Assembly: GCA_051294375.1 (NCBI GenBank)
Contig: CM119263.1
Span: forward strand, 23,916,423-23,980,422
Direction: 5' to 3'
DNA: 64,000 nt
Source of the DNA: Paraspadella gotoi
Lineage: Eukaryota > Animalia > Chaetognatha
Below the pieces are notes generated by a model. That model saw only the letters and a program-made list of their open reading frames with translations. It did no database searches and was not told where the DNA came from. Position numbers and translations under genes: made by a program. This document shows, in pieces, positions 24,468 through 38,642 of the stretch. Within the stretch, counting starts at the first letter, position 1. Every line of letters begins with the position of its first letter.

Positions 24468-25448
24468 AAAAACGGCTATGAAGGATGACGACGACGACGA
24501 AGAAAATTAAAAAAAAGAAAGTTTCGTCCGATCCAAGCGAAGGCAGAGAAAAGGCGGAAAAACGGACTCACTTTGATTACTTCCTTTTCAGCCACTTTTC
24601 ACTTTTTCATCTCACGAAAAATGCGATGTAAATTCGAGAGTGAGGCGGGATTGAGGTGAAGTGAGGGAAGACAGAGAAACGAGTGGGGTTCGTTCCCGAC
24701 AGCTGCTTTGCCCGTTGGCTGCGAAATTCTCTTCACAATCTTTGACGACTAATTTACTAAAGTGGACGTTGTTCGTCGTCGTCGTCGTCTTTGTCCTCGT
24801 TTTTCAAAGGCGTTCAATTCAAGGACAGAACTTTATTGTTTCTCTTCGCAGCCGCCGCCGCCGCCGCTGCAGCCGCCGCTAACGACGACGTCGATGTCGG
24901 GGGCTTCGAAACTCATCATTGAAAGCGATTCTCGTTCCTTCGTTAACGTACCCGGCCATTTTAACTTACCCGGTCGTTTTCATTCACCTGGCAATGCCAT
25001 CCCCATTACCGTCCTATCGATGGGCGCCGTTCGGAGCACATGAGCTTTTAAGGCTGAGTAGCTGAGTTTTTTTTTTAGTTTCTTTTTTAAGTTATTTCTA
25101 GATATTTTTTTTAGGTAGATTTTTTTTTCTTTCTTTTTGATCTCTTTTGGTTTCTTTGTATTTTTGTATTTATTTATTTTTCTTTCTTTATTTCTTTCTT
25201 CTTTTCTTCTCTCCCTTTTTATATTTATTTGTCTGTTTTTATTAATCTGTCCTCCTTTCATGCTTTCCTTCATTTTTTTTTCATTCTTGCACCAACTTTA
25301 TCTCTTGTTTCCTCCTCTCGGTTTGTCTCTATTTCTCACTCCTTCCTTTCTATTTTTTTCACTCTCTCTAGCGATTTGAATTTCCTTCAGTCTATCGCTC
25401 TCTCTCTCTCTCTCTTTTCTTCTCTCTCTCTCTCTCTCTCTCTTCTCT

Positions 25449-25482
<34 letters not shown>

Positions 25483-26659
25483 TTCCTCTCTCTCTTCTCC
25501 TATAACTTCCTCGCGCATCGATCGCGGTGGCACTTCCTAAGGTTTCTTCCTTTCTTCATTATGATACACCGGCTCACCGTGTCGACAATATGCCCCCCTT
25601 GATGTGCCGCTCGGAAATCATTAACATCTAAATGCCCGATTATGAATATTTTTTAAAGATATAAGACGCTGTAATGGGTCCCTCGCCTCCTGAAACTTTC
25701 CTCTTTCTTTTCTTTTTTGCCTTTCATTTCCTTTTTTTTCTCTTCATTCCTTTTCTTTCTCTCCTCTCTGATACGCTGGGGTTTATGTGATGTAGCTTTC
25801 AGTATGTTTGAGAACAACCTCATATGGCCGGTAGCATTTTAATTCCTTCTCTGCTTTTCTAATGGCTCCTTCTCGTGCTTTAAAAAAACTAGAGAGATGG
25901 AGAGAGAGATTATGTAAGTAGGGATGTATTAGATATGAGGAAGATGAGAGCAGACCCTCGCGAGAGACGTCTGTGATTGATCGTGAGATATGATGTATTC
26001 GAGATGAGAGATGATTGAGAGGTGAGCAGATGAGGATGAGAGAGAGAGAGAGAGAGAGATTAGATGTTTATTGCGCATAAATCTCCCGCAAAGACTCATT
26101 CGATGAGAGTCGAAGGATATCGTCCGCAAAGATTTATCGACTCCACCCGGTTAAAACTGTCACCTTCTTTAGTCAGGATAACTTACCAAAGGAACCTTCG
26201 ACAAGTCAGATGCCTTTGTATTTTTATACCTTACCTACAGTTGCAGTAATTCCGAGGAGAAAGGATTATGCAAATGTCGGACAAGATTTCTTGTGAAGCA
26301 AAAATTCCGAAGAAGAGCCCCGTTTTTCAAAAATTCTCTGCGAGACAAAAAAGAAGCGGAATCTATTTCCTGGAAAACCCACGAAGCTTTTTTGCCAAAA
26401 ATCTTCTCTGGTATTTAAAGTATCTATAATAAAAAAAAACTTTTTTTAATAATCCTATAATAATAACAGCTCGAAATTCTCATGATCAAAGCACTGCGGC
26501 CCTTTTTTACGTTCATGTAATATTGCAAATATTGGACCGAACAAATATTTGACGCCTTCTGTCGTCGACGGAAATGATCGAGAATGTCGAAGGTCAAAAG
26601 GTCAGACAGACGCTTCTAGCTCAAATATTCAAGAAGCTCTCTCTCTCTCCTCTCATCTT

Positions 26660-26693
<34 letters not shown>

Positions 26694-26695
26694 CT

Positions 26696-26735
<40 letters not shown>

Positions 26736-28808
26736 CTTTCTGTGGCCTAAAGGATGACAGCGGAAAAGAGACGACAAACAACAAGAAAGTGGATTGACCA
26801 ACAACAACTGCTATGACGTCGAAGATGACATCAGCGCTGACGACGGCAATGATGACGACGACGACGACGACGACGACGACAGCGGATGTACGCGGCGCCC
26901 GACGGATGAACTCGTTTTTCTCTTCACTCTTCAAGTGGGCGTGGCCACCGGAGAAGCAGAGATCACGTGACTTCCCTCTCCGAGAAACCCTATTTTTCTC
27001 GAGAATACGAAATTTTTGAAAAGTGCACGAAGTTTCGAAAAAAAAGATTTTGCTCGCCTAGATTCTATCCGTTGTAACAACACCATAACTCTTATAACTC
27101 TTAGACAAGCAATGAACCATGTCGAAAGACTTATAAATAAATAAGTCTTTCTTTGGCCTTCATTGTACTTTTTTTTTCTTTTTTGCGTAACTGCGTCTAT
27201 TAATAAACACTTAGGAGTCTATCTCATTTTAGATCCTCTTAATTTTTTTAAAAGTTTTATCTTGCTCATTTGTAGAGTTTACTTTTCTCCGTGTTTGTTC
27301 TGGTTGTTTTTATATTATTTCATGCGAAAGATTTACAACGAAAGGGAGATTTCGCGTAATTGTATCTACGTACGTATTTATTGCATGTTAAAAACATTGA
27401 GCATATCTTTTTCAATATTTCCGAGTTCCAAAAGAAAAGCTAACAATATCACAAACAGAAATTATGAGATTTAAATTGTATAATTTTTTTTGCATCACTT
27501 TATCAAAAAGCATCTCATTTTTATATTGTGAAAATTGGAAGATTTCACGCCGATCCTTTTACAGAATTCCTTTTATAGGGGACAACGACGACGACGACGA
27601 CGACGACGAAGACGACGACGACGTCTTCAACGATTGCAACATTTTCTTTTTTTGAAAGGCCTCTTTTTATAACATTCTTCAAAGGTGCGCACGCTCGCGA
27701 GTCTTTACGCGGCCCGTCTATATGGCTAGCGTAACGACTTAGCTAACTGCTTCAGTTCGCGCTAAAAAAAAGGGTCTTCTTATGCGAAGGACTCTCGAAG
27801 TTATTGCCTATCGAACGCTTCGACGAGCGCCCTCTTCGAGAGAGCGAGATAGCCTGCGAGCGGCGGAGAGCGAGACAGGGAGCGAGACGATTTGACCCCC
27901 GATTGAAAGCTTTTCTCGTTCCCTCGGGTCCCAATGACCTATGGCCGTTCGTTGGCTTTTTTCTTCTTTCTGTATCGTCTCTACATCTTTCTCATTCTCT
28001 CCCTCTCTCTCTCTTCTCTCCTTCACTCTCGCTCTGTCTGTCTTATCCTCTTTTTCTCTCCCTCTCTCTTTACTCTCTCTTTCCCCCTTGAATTTTTGAT
28101 CTACCGCCATCTTGTCGCGATTTTATTTAAAAAAAAACAAAAGGTAAGGAAAAACATTTTTTAATCTACTCTTTTCATCAAGTTGATAAATTGCGTCCTT
28201 GTTTATCACCGGAAGTGATTTGCGCGACATGAGGCTCTGGGAGGACGCGGAACTGCGATGTTAATAAAACGTTTACTTCCGTGACATAACCATTACGCTT
28301 AATTTTAATGTTGGGGATTAATCATTTAAAAATGTTTTTAGTTTTATTTGGGTTTCCGCGAAATTAAAGGTGCGAATGAAAAGTTCTAGACAGTCAACTT
28401 AATAATTCTTCATAAGCCTGTCAAAATTTATTCACACCTGTCAGCAGTATTGTATTTACAAAATTAATAAATATTATGTCTTTTTGTTTAGGCTTTTCTA
28501 TCTTTAACACCATCCGTTTGACAAATAATTTCTTCCTTCCCTTCAAACTTTACCTTTTCCGTCGACCTTTCTCTTTCCTCCTTTTTTCCTCTCTTTTTCC
28601 TCTCTTTTTCCTCCTCTTTTCCTCTCTTTTTCCTCCTTCCTTCTCAATCTCAATAAAAGGCCGGTTAGTCTCTGCTTTCCTTTCTATTCGTTGTCGTCGT
28701 CGTTGTCCGACTTTTTCATTCAATTCAGCAGCGGATTTCTTGCCTCTCCTTTCACTACGGACGACTGAAGATTCAAAAGCATCATCTCTCTCTCTCTCTT
28801 CTCCTCTC

Positions 28809-28841
<33 letters not shown>

Positions 28842-29305
28842 TTCTTCAATGACTAGCGTATCAATCACTTACCCGTCGTACGACAACTGCGTTCGACGGC
28901 AACGCTGACGTCACTATAAGCAATGTGAAGCAACTACAAGCAACTGCAAGCATCGTTGAAATTAGTTAGATGCGAGCAGAGAAGCAGCGTTTCTTTGACG
29001 TAGTAAGTTGCATCTTCGATTTGCCCTTTAAAGCCGTGTCAAAAAAATTCGCCTAGTTGAAAACATTGTTCGTTAAAAAGATAGTATGCAACTATACATA
29101 CAGACTAAGAGAGAACAAAGCGTAACAGATTAATAGTTCAAAAATTCCAATAAAAAAGTCAGATATGAAGAACAAAGAAACGGGAAAATAGTGAAGACAT
29201 TCGCGGAGGCGTGAGGGTTGAAAAAAATTGAAGTAGAAAAAGGTTTCCTTACCTGCTGTTAGAATTAGCAGAGCTAAGGTTGGAAAGTGAGACAATGGAA
29301 GAGAC

Positions 29306-29338
<33 letters not shown>

Positions 29339-29354
29339 AGAGAGAGAGAAGAGA

Positions 29355-29397
<43 letters not shown>

Positions 29398-30661
29398 TGA
29401 AAAAACGACTCCGTTATTAACTTGATTAGGATCGAGGTCGAAGTCCCGGGAGGAAGAAAGGGGGAAAAAATAGGAGAGCTCACGCCTTTGTTTTTGCTTC
29501 TGTTTTCCCTTCTGTTTTTGTTTTTGTTTCCGCTTATGGTTCCGCATCAGGTTCCGTTTCTGTTAGGTTGTTTTCGCTACTGTTTACTGTTTCTTTGATT
29601 TCGCTTTTTTGTCATGATTACTCCAATTTTTCTGGTTCCGGTTCTGTTTGGCTCCTCTTTTTTTATATTACACTTTTATATTTTTAAACTTTACTGGGCC
29701 CTTATCTTTATTCAGTCCACCCCTGATTTTTTTTTATCCGCTTTTACCATTACCTTCGATTCTGCTGTTACGGCCATTTTCGCCTCCGCTTTCGCCTCCG
29801 CCTCATTGTTCGCTTCCGCGATCGCCTCCGCTTCCATCGAGGCGACCTTGAAACTCCATCGCTTAGTCGAAGAGTGGAAGAGGAGGAGGAGGAGGAGGAG
29901 GAGGAGGAGGAGGAGATGGATGGATGGATGAAGAATAGGCGGATTGTGGGCGCGGAGTTTGAAGGAGATAAAGAATTGAAAAAGGGAGAACTAATGAGAC
30001 GATAGCGTCTGTTCACAGTAAAAGGAATACTTTCGAAATTCATTATTAAAATTTATTGTTAAGAATATTTAATTCGAAAATTTTACACTATTTGTGAAAC
30101 AAATGGATTGCTTCTTCATTATTGTTAAATTACTTCACCGACTTTTTTAACAATAAGAAAACCTCAGTGCTGAATTTACATGAAAAGATCAAAGGATAAA
30201 AAAACAGTCCTTTTAAACCTAACCATGTTGATTCTGTTCCCCACTGACAGACGGACTAACGACCCCGTGAAAGATAAACCGCTCGGGCCCAGGTGAAATT
30301 TTTTGAAACGTGCAGATTTTCATGAAATTAAAAGGGAAATAAAACTGCGAGGGGGGAGTGAGTCGGAAAAGGAAATTTGGTGATGGAAAAATGCGATGAA
30401 ACGGAAAGAGTAAGAATTTGAATTTGAAATTCAGATCCGAATTGAAGATTCGAAAAAAAAATACGGGACAGAGGAAGGAAGGGAGGATTGGGTAGAGAGG
30501 AGGGGATGAGGGGGGGAAAGGGCGGAGAAGGGAGAGAGAGAGGGGAGGTCACCAAAATGAGATTAGCTCCTTCCAAAATCCAAGGGGGAGAATTTGAAAC
30601 CGCGACGGTGTCACTGTCCTTCAATTCATTTGCTTTCTCTTTGTTTCTATCGCTTGTTTTC

Positions 30662-30746
<85 letters not shown>

Positions 30747-31688
30747 ATTTCATTTCATTAATTTTTTAAAAGATTCGCTTTTACCAAATTATGAGTGAGA
30801 TTGACAGAACCCGTTTTGGGAGATAAAAAATTGAAAAAATTCTACATAAAACAAAAAGAAGGAAAGTTAAAAAGAGAACAGGAAAAAAAGAAATCTGAAT
30901 GAAATGGAGTCTTTATCTCCGTCTCGCGGCTTAAGTTTGACTTCCAGGGCCGATTCTCCTTTTTTATATTTTTAAAATTCAAAGTACGAGCCTTAATTTC
31001 AGGTTTTTCTAAATGTTTGAAAAACATTTGAAAGTAGAGTTTAATCAACTTAGTTTTGAGAGATCCTAATCCTGTTAGCATGTTTTTTTTTTCTATTTTT
31101 CTGTTTTTTGTTATTGTTCGTTTATTGGAAGGAAAAATAATTCAGTTCCAGTATAAGCATTTAAGCATACGGTAAATGTTTTTATCGCGAAGGTGTTTTT
31201 CTTAGAATTTTATCTTTTCTATGCCATGTTATTCCAAATCTCCCTTTCTTCCCACCATGTCGCTTTTCCATGCCACTTTGTCTTTTCGTCTCCACGTAAC
31301 CGGGGGCGACCAAGCCGACCCAAGCACGTGGGAAGCTGCTTGCTCTTGAAGGCTGAGAAGGGAAACCGACGTGACGGTAATAAAGACAAATTAGATTCGA
31401 AAAATTTTAATGATGAAAAGTCGAAGCAGATCAATTTTGAGCAAGAGAATTACGACTTCTGAGGTTCAAATACGAACACATGAAATTAAATTATTCAAGT
31501 CTAGGCTAAAGTCATAAATAGTGCAGAGTAAAGACTTAAGAACAAGAATTAACCAGATTAAGAAAAGTGAAGCAAATTATTCGGTTAGAGTGAGTCATGC
31601 TAATTATGAGTCATTAAGAAAGGACGGAATCAGTGCTTCACTGGATAAAATTTAAAATTTTCGATGAAGTTCCTTGAGGAGAGAGAGT

Positions 31689-31724
<36 letters not shown>

Positions 31725-32213
31725 AAGAGCAGAGAGAGAGAGAGAGAGAGAGCTTTAAGCCATTAATTTTAACCTTCGACGATCTTTCGCAGCGCATCCA
31801 GAGTTCGGGTCGAGTTGACTAATCCAATCATCGTTTCTCTTCAATTTCATCCTTAAAGGGCAGAGAGTCTTCCTCTTTCGGTTTTCGTTCTAACTTCACT
31901 CTCTCACACACTCACACAGACACCTAATTATAATCGCTATCACACGAATACACACACGCTCAGTTTTCACACACTTTTCAGCCTCTCGCAAGTCAAAACG
32001 AATTCACACGAAGCCACACCCAGCTTGCCGACTCGGTCCCTTCTTCATTCGCCGATAAAACTTGAAGCTGAGAAAAAATCTAATTAGCAAAAAATAAATA
32101 AGCAAAGTTGAGGCTCGAATATTGGATTGAAATAAATCCTGCCTATTCTGAGAATCGACGTTTCTGTCGAAAGGAAACCGTTCGATCTGTCTGCAAGAAA
32201 AAAAAATTACGAA

Positions 32214-34257
32214 ATGGCGGAAGAAATTTGGGCGACGCCGCTTCAGATGGCGTTGATTATTTTCGTGAGCGGCGCGGAAATGTTTTCCTACTTTCCCTTT
32301 TACATGATTTGGTTCGGCGGCGGGGCTCATCTCTTGTTTTGCGCCATTTTTCTTTTCGTTTTAGGAAATCCTCTCCTCAATCTGCAGGTGAAGTTAATGA
32401 TCCGTTGTCATGACGACGCGATGAATAAAACATAAAAAGATTCGGTGATTGACACGAAGTCGTCAGAATCGGCGCGACAAAGTAAATCTCTTTGGAAATC
32501 GAAAGACCGATTCCCTTTCTCAAATCTTTTAGATTCTTCTGGGCCAATTTACCGGAAGTGGGTGCGTCGGCGTTTGGCGAGCCTTTCCGCTGGCCAAGGG
32601 TTTAGGCATCACGCTCTTATTTTGGGGATTCGTCGTTATCTGCCAAAGCGGAGTTTATCTAAGTTCTCAACTCGTTTTTATTTGTCAGGTATATCTTTCC
32701 TTAAACGATCTTTCTCAAACTTTTTTTGTCAATATCCTGTAAATCTTCTTTTATTTATTCTTTGTTTCAGTTACCTTCCATTCTTCATGTTAATTTAAAC
32801 TTTTCCAGGCTATCTCCCCGCTAAACGACCAACCCTTCCCCTGGATGCGATGCAACAATTCATGGAACACCATCGGTTGCGGCATCGAGATCCAGGAGCC
32901 TCACATCATCAACAGCCTGGACAGCTTGAACGCGGTCAACGCCGTCTCCGTCGACTCTTCCTTCATCGACCTGAAGACGCATCCGACGGATCAGTACGCG
33001 GAATACCTCCAGTCCTACCGCGACGGTCTCTCGCCGGCGCGGGTGACGTCTCTTCTCGCGCTCTGGGTCTTCGTGGCAGCGTCTTTGGCCAAGGGTCTTC
33101 GATCTCTAGCGCTAACGACGCGAGTGTCCGTCCCGCTGACGCTAATCTGCCTCCTCGTGCTGCTCTGCCGCGGCGTTTCCCTCCCTGGCGCCAGCATCGG
33201 CCTTTTGAGATTCTTCAAAGCCGATTGGTCCGCCTCCATGATGAGCGGCATGCTGTGGCGTCTTTCCCTGCAAAGCTCTCTCACCTGGTCGTCCATGGCG
33301 TGTTTCGGCGTTCTATTAATAATCGGCAAGCACGCAGACCGCGGCGCCTTTGCCGGCTTGGCGGCGACGACGACGACGCTGACGCTGTTGGCGGCGAGCG
33401 TGATCCGATCAGCGGCGCTGGCGGGTTTCGTCGGTTTCCACGCATCGACGACGAATTCGACGATCGAAGAGACGATGCACCACGCGTCCTTCGCTCTTCC
33501 CGTCGTCGTCGCTGATTGGCCGGCGGCGCGATTCTGGATCCTCGTCGACTTCGTCCTCTGGGCGTCGACTTGGATCCCCAATCAAGCGCTCGTCGTCGGC
33601 GCTTGGATGTCCACTTTCGAAGAGATACTGCCGCCTCTGCCGCTGGCGTTCCGCTCGACTCCCGGCCGCTTGGCAGCGTCGGCCATCTTCGCGGCCGCCG
33701 GTTTCGCCGGCGGCGTCGGTATTTTGGCGGCTTTTAGCTTAACCGATAATTCGGCGCCCATGTACGGGGCCTTCACCGTTGGCGCCGACCTCCAAGTCTT
33801 CGTCGCTTTTGTAGTCCTCTATTTACTCGTCGCCGCCGTGGCGCCGATCGGCGTCTCACGCGTCATCAACGGCGTCGACGCTGACTTGCTTTCCTTCGTC
33901 GCTCGGCAACGCTACGCGGTGTTGGCGTCGTCGTCGACGACAAGAAGACGCTTCACTCTTTTCAACATCGGCAGCTGCTTCGTCGCTCTGCCGCTGCTGC
34001 TGATTCTTTGCGCGCACAAGGTCGCCGACATCGTCATCTTTCATATTCCCGGCGTCGGAAATTTGACGACTCCGAGCGGGGTCTTCGCTCTTTTCGGGGT
34101 CGTCTTCGTCGTCGTCGTCGCGCTCGTCTCCACCTGCGTCGTGGGCGTCGTCAGCGTCGTGAGGGGGCGTGGCTTTCTTTGCCCCCGGCTTGGCTGGAAT
34201 CCGGAGGAAAGAGATCGCGTCGTGGTCAAGGACGATTTTAAAATGAGCGTTCTTTGA
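32214..34257 (+). CDS. Divergent SLC6 / sodium:neurotransmitter symporter (SNF) family membrane protein, 3 exons, ~592 aa
   Basis: Exons 32214-32387, 32533-32688 and 32809-34257 join in phase 0 with GT-AG introns. SNF hallmarks: FP..FGGGAHL...LGNPLLNLQILLGQF, VWRAFPLAKGLG, extracellular loop PWMRCNNSWNTIGC, LLCRGVSLPGASIGLLRFFKADW, and many hydrophobic helices. The start codon is uncertain; an upstream exon is possible. Confidence 0.85.
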
Positions 34258-34575
34258 TGAATATGATGAAGATCATTTGAGAAATGTTTATTGCTAATGA
34301 TTTTTTTTTTTGTTGTTGTTGATTTTAATGATCATTCTTAAATATGATCAATTTTTTTATAGTTTATACATTATAGAATATTACATTTGACGGACATATT
34401 TGGGTTTTTTTTAGTCAAACTTAGTCAAAATGATTATTAAGTCTGAGGGCAGCTCTTTTATTTAGAGAAATTGGTCATAACATTGAAATCAAAACGGTAA
34501 ATCTTGCTTCTTCGTTGACGGTCCGCTGCAGGCCACAAAGTTCATAAAGTAGAGTTTTCTTCAGATTTTAGTATA

Positions 34576-34700
<125 letters not shown>

Positions 34701-37700
34701 GGTTATAGTGATTTAATGGCACATGCATTTGCGGATTTCGTGAGGCCACTCGACGTGAAATTAGATGTTAAGAAATATGGATGACGTCTTGATAGTTTTT
34801 CGCACATGATTTACTTACCTTACTTAATTAAAACAAGTTTATATATCAAAACGATACAATTATTCAATAATTTTATGATACGATGTCAACGTTGACATTT
34901 CATAATGATCTTTTTTTTTCAGATGTCGTTTCTTCAAGTCATCGATCTCATCACAAAATTGGGACGCAAACAAATTTAAAATACAATTAGAACCAGGTAT
35001 GGTCTTACTATATAAACGATAACGTCTAATGTTTAATAAAAAGATTAATAGATGGGATTGTGAAGCTTAATTTTCGTAGCGCGTTAAATTGGTCCGACAA
35101 AAATCAAAATCCCCACTTATGATGTACTTATGATAGTTGATATCATAAGTTCATAACCTCGTTTAGCGAAAATAACATGTAACTCAAAATTTTTCCGATG
35201 AAGAGGGAGGAAAGAAAATCATTGAGAGAAGGAAAAAAGGAAAAACCATTAGAGGTTCAAAGATCGAGAAGAAGACAGGAAAAAAGGAAAGAAAAAAAGG
35301 ATAGAAAAAAGGAAAGAAAAAAGGAAAGAAAAAAAGGAAAGCGAAAGAGAAAAAAAAGTGTGGGGAGTGAATGCTTGTCTGGCGAAAGACTCACCTTTCA
35401 TGGTGGCCAGGATTTTTTTTTTTTTTTTTTTTTTTTGTATTCTTTCTTTTTACCCCTTTTTTTTGTGCGCTGCTTTGGTTCCATTTTCTGCATGCACATT
35501 CCTTTTTTTTTTGCCCGCTCACTTTTCGGTTTCCGTTTTTCCCTTCCAATGCACTTTTCCGGCACAATCTTACCTTTTCCGGCACAAGTCTGTGTCGTTT
35601 CCAACAACTTCTTTCATTCCAGTTGAAGTCATTCTAAAATTAGCGAGATGGTGATGATAAACAAAATTAATGTTTGTTTTATTATCATATTTTTTAAAAT
35701 TTTTTGGACTTTCTCTTAATTTTCAGTTGGGGTAAAATAATATCTACAAAATATGAACTAAAATTATCCTTCCTTTTGTCAAAAAAGTTTCTAAAATCTA
35801 ATTTCGAATTCTGTTTCTAGAAAAAGAAATATCTTTTCCGCTTCTGCAAAGACTTTTAGAGATTTTGATAAAAAAAATAAAAAAAAGTTGGAACGTTGAA
35901 ACCTAAAGTTGCTTGGGATTTGCAGTTTCATTTGCGAGGCGTCAACAGCAGTTGGTTCATAAGATTTTGGTAGTAATTGAAATTTTTAATTAGGAAATTG
36001 GTTTTTATTTCTTTTTATCAATATTTTTCTTTCTCTCCTTTTCGCTCTCGGATTATATATATGTTATCTATATTTGACTATTAAAAGTATAAATTTATGA
36101 TAAACAAAATCATTTTAATCATTTCTATAATAAATCCGTTTGTCACTCCATCACCGCAACAGATTGATGTCACATCAGCGCATCCCTTCTACCCCGAGTA
36201 TTTGTGTTTGAATCAGCAACTCACTCTAGCGAACGCCGCTGAATACGAAAACCGGCCGGAGGCGGCGTCGGGAGTCGGCGCCCGTGGTTCCTGGCGCCAT
36301 CAATCACCGGCGCCTTTATCCTTTTCTATTCTTCGCCGCGGCGACGCCAGTCTTTCGCGAGTCACGCCCCACTTCTTTTCACTTCCGATTCCATTACACT
36401 TTCATTTTTCATTTTGCCTTTTTCCGTCCACTTTGGTCGTTCTCTCTCTCTCTTTCTCTTTCTCTCTCTCTTCTCATCTCTCCTCTCTCTTCTCTCTCTC
36501 TCTCTCTCTCTCTTCTGCTTTCTTCTCCCTTCTGTTGAACATCAATAACAGAGGCACACTAAGACTTCTGTCCGATTCTAAATATTGAACGTATCGTATA
36601 TTCTCAAAAGTTTTGGCGATGTCCATCTCTCCTCTTCCTTTCTCTTCCCCCCTCCCTCCCCCCCACCACGTCTCCCTCTCCAGCCTTTCTCTTTTTGCCT
36701 TGCCCTGGCGACCACAGTTTATCATTCCCCACGGAGTCAAAGTTTTTTATCGGCCTGTAGATCGGGAAGGGCTGCTATATCCTAGCAACTAGATCCCACC
36801 TTCTCAATTCTTTTCTATTGCTTTACCCGTTCCATTTTTCCTATCATAGACTCACCAATTTCCTTTCAACCCTCGTTCCTCCACTCTTCTTTCAATGTTC
36901 GATCACTCTCCCACCCCCAACCGATTTTGTCACCCACTTACCCTCACCCACCTACCACCCACCTCTCCCCCAACGACCCTCGATTCCACCTCTCGACTGC
37001 CAAATCCGGTTCCAGCCTTTATGGCTCCATCCCGGGCTCCATTGAAAGAGGAAAACACGGTGACGCCGGAAGCCTTTTATATGCTGCAGCCTCCAATTTC
37101 GACGCCGGACGACGAGGCGCGGCGAGGCGGCGTCGTTTCGCTGCGGCGCTCCACCGGCGGCGGCAGGTGCCCGGGCGAAACGACCGACTCTCAGGTGCGA
37201 GGGAACCTCCATTTCCGCCCCGCGCAGGTGCGAGGAAGAAAAGGAGAGGCTCTTTATTTCGCATTTTGTTGCTTTTCTCCGAAAATTTACCGTCTGTTCT
37301 CTCCCACTAGAGTCTCTTGCATCGTTATCCCTCATTTGCCTCCACCTTGTCTAGCCCTTCCGTTTGCTATTGAATTCAGCATCGTTATCGTTGTCTGTTA
37401 TCACTTTGTCCAGCTCCTCCGTGCGCCATTGCGTTCTGCGTCGTAATTCTCTCGTCTGCCATCAAGATCTCGCTTTCACGTGACTTACCAAGTTGCATAG
37501 CTTGTTTTCTTCAATCTTCATAACTAATCGACGACATAATAGAAATAAAGTTTAAGTTTATACTAAGCCGACTCCATAATTCTTGTCTCTCCACGCCCAC
37601 CCACCCAGTACACTCGCAGTCGAAAGAGTCTCTCCCGCCGGCAGAAGAAGCGCCGCTTATTTTGCGCGGGGATTTTGGGATCCATTGGCACTTCCGGTGG

Positions 37701-38581
37701 ACTTGTTGGCGGGCTTCCGCTGGGCTAAATTCGGGCTTCGTGGCCAAGCTGAGAAGAAGACGTAGAGCGAAGGCCGGCGGAGGACAGGGGAGTATTCGGG
37801 AGGAAAGGGGGAGAACTTGAGAGGACGGGGGAGGACTGGGAACGAGGAGGTAATATGGAGAGGAAGACCTGAGTCGGAACCTAATGGAAAAGAGATTCGA
37901 GTCTTGGAAAAAGAAGGTCGAAGCGAAATATAATACGTGGCCGACTTTCATGGCGAATCTCGTAACGAAAAGTCTTCTCAAAAGGTAGAATTATTATCAA
38001 TATATTAATTAGCCGAATAATTTTCGTCCAAACCTTCGGGATTTCTGTAAACCCAGGTTAATCGCCAATTTTTTTTACGAGCCACATCAAACGGAAAAAT
38101 CCTACGTTTGTTTAACCTTAAAAACCCAAAACATGACCTTTACAGAATATTGGACCGATTTACCTTTTTATTTGATATTATAAAAAAAATAGAGAAATAA
38201 GCCAAACGAGACAGGAGCGAAAGCGGCGAACATAAAAAAAAAAGTTCAATAAAGAAACTCAATTATGCGACAATTGGATTTAACTGGCATAATTGTAATA
38301 TTTATTCGAGTGTTTTTACATTTCTCATTACTTACTTTTATTTTAGAATGATGAAAGTTGGAGTGACTGATTTAATTTACTGGAATGTCATTTCAAATCA
38401 TTCGATACTGGAAAAAAAAACGTCTTAGAGAGATGCCGCAACGCATCTGAAAAAGCTTTTTCAGCCAGAAAGAAAGAAAAAAAGTTCTTTGATTAAGACA
38501 AAGGAATGAAAGAAAAATTAGAGTCGAGTAAGGAGAGGTGGAGATGGTGAGAGGCCGATGGAGAGTAGAGAGAGATGCAGA

Positions 38582-38642
<61 letters not shown>

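Noticed and set aside
32850-34241. Overlapping alternative-frame and antisense ORFs (221, 188, 77 aa and others)
   Set aside because: Shadow ORFs of the GC-rich SLC6 coding exon.
36895-37981. ORFs of 183 aa (+) and 156 aa (-)
   Set aside because: Low-complexity Pro/Ser/Arg-rich translations of GC-skewed DNA with no recognisable domain.
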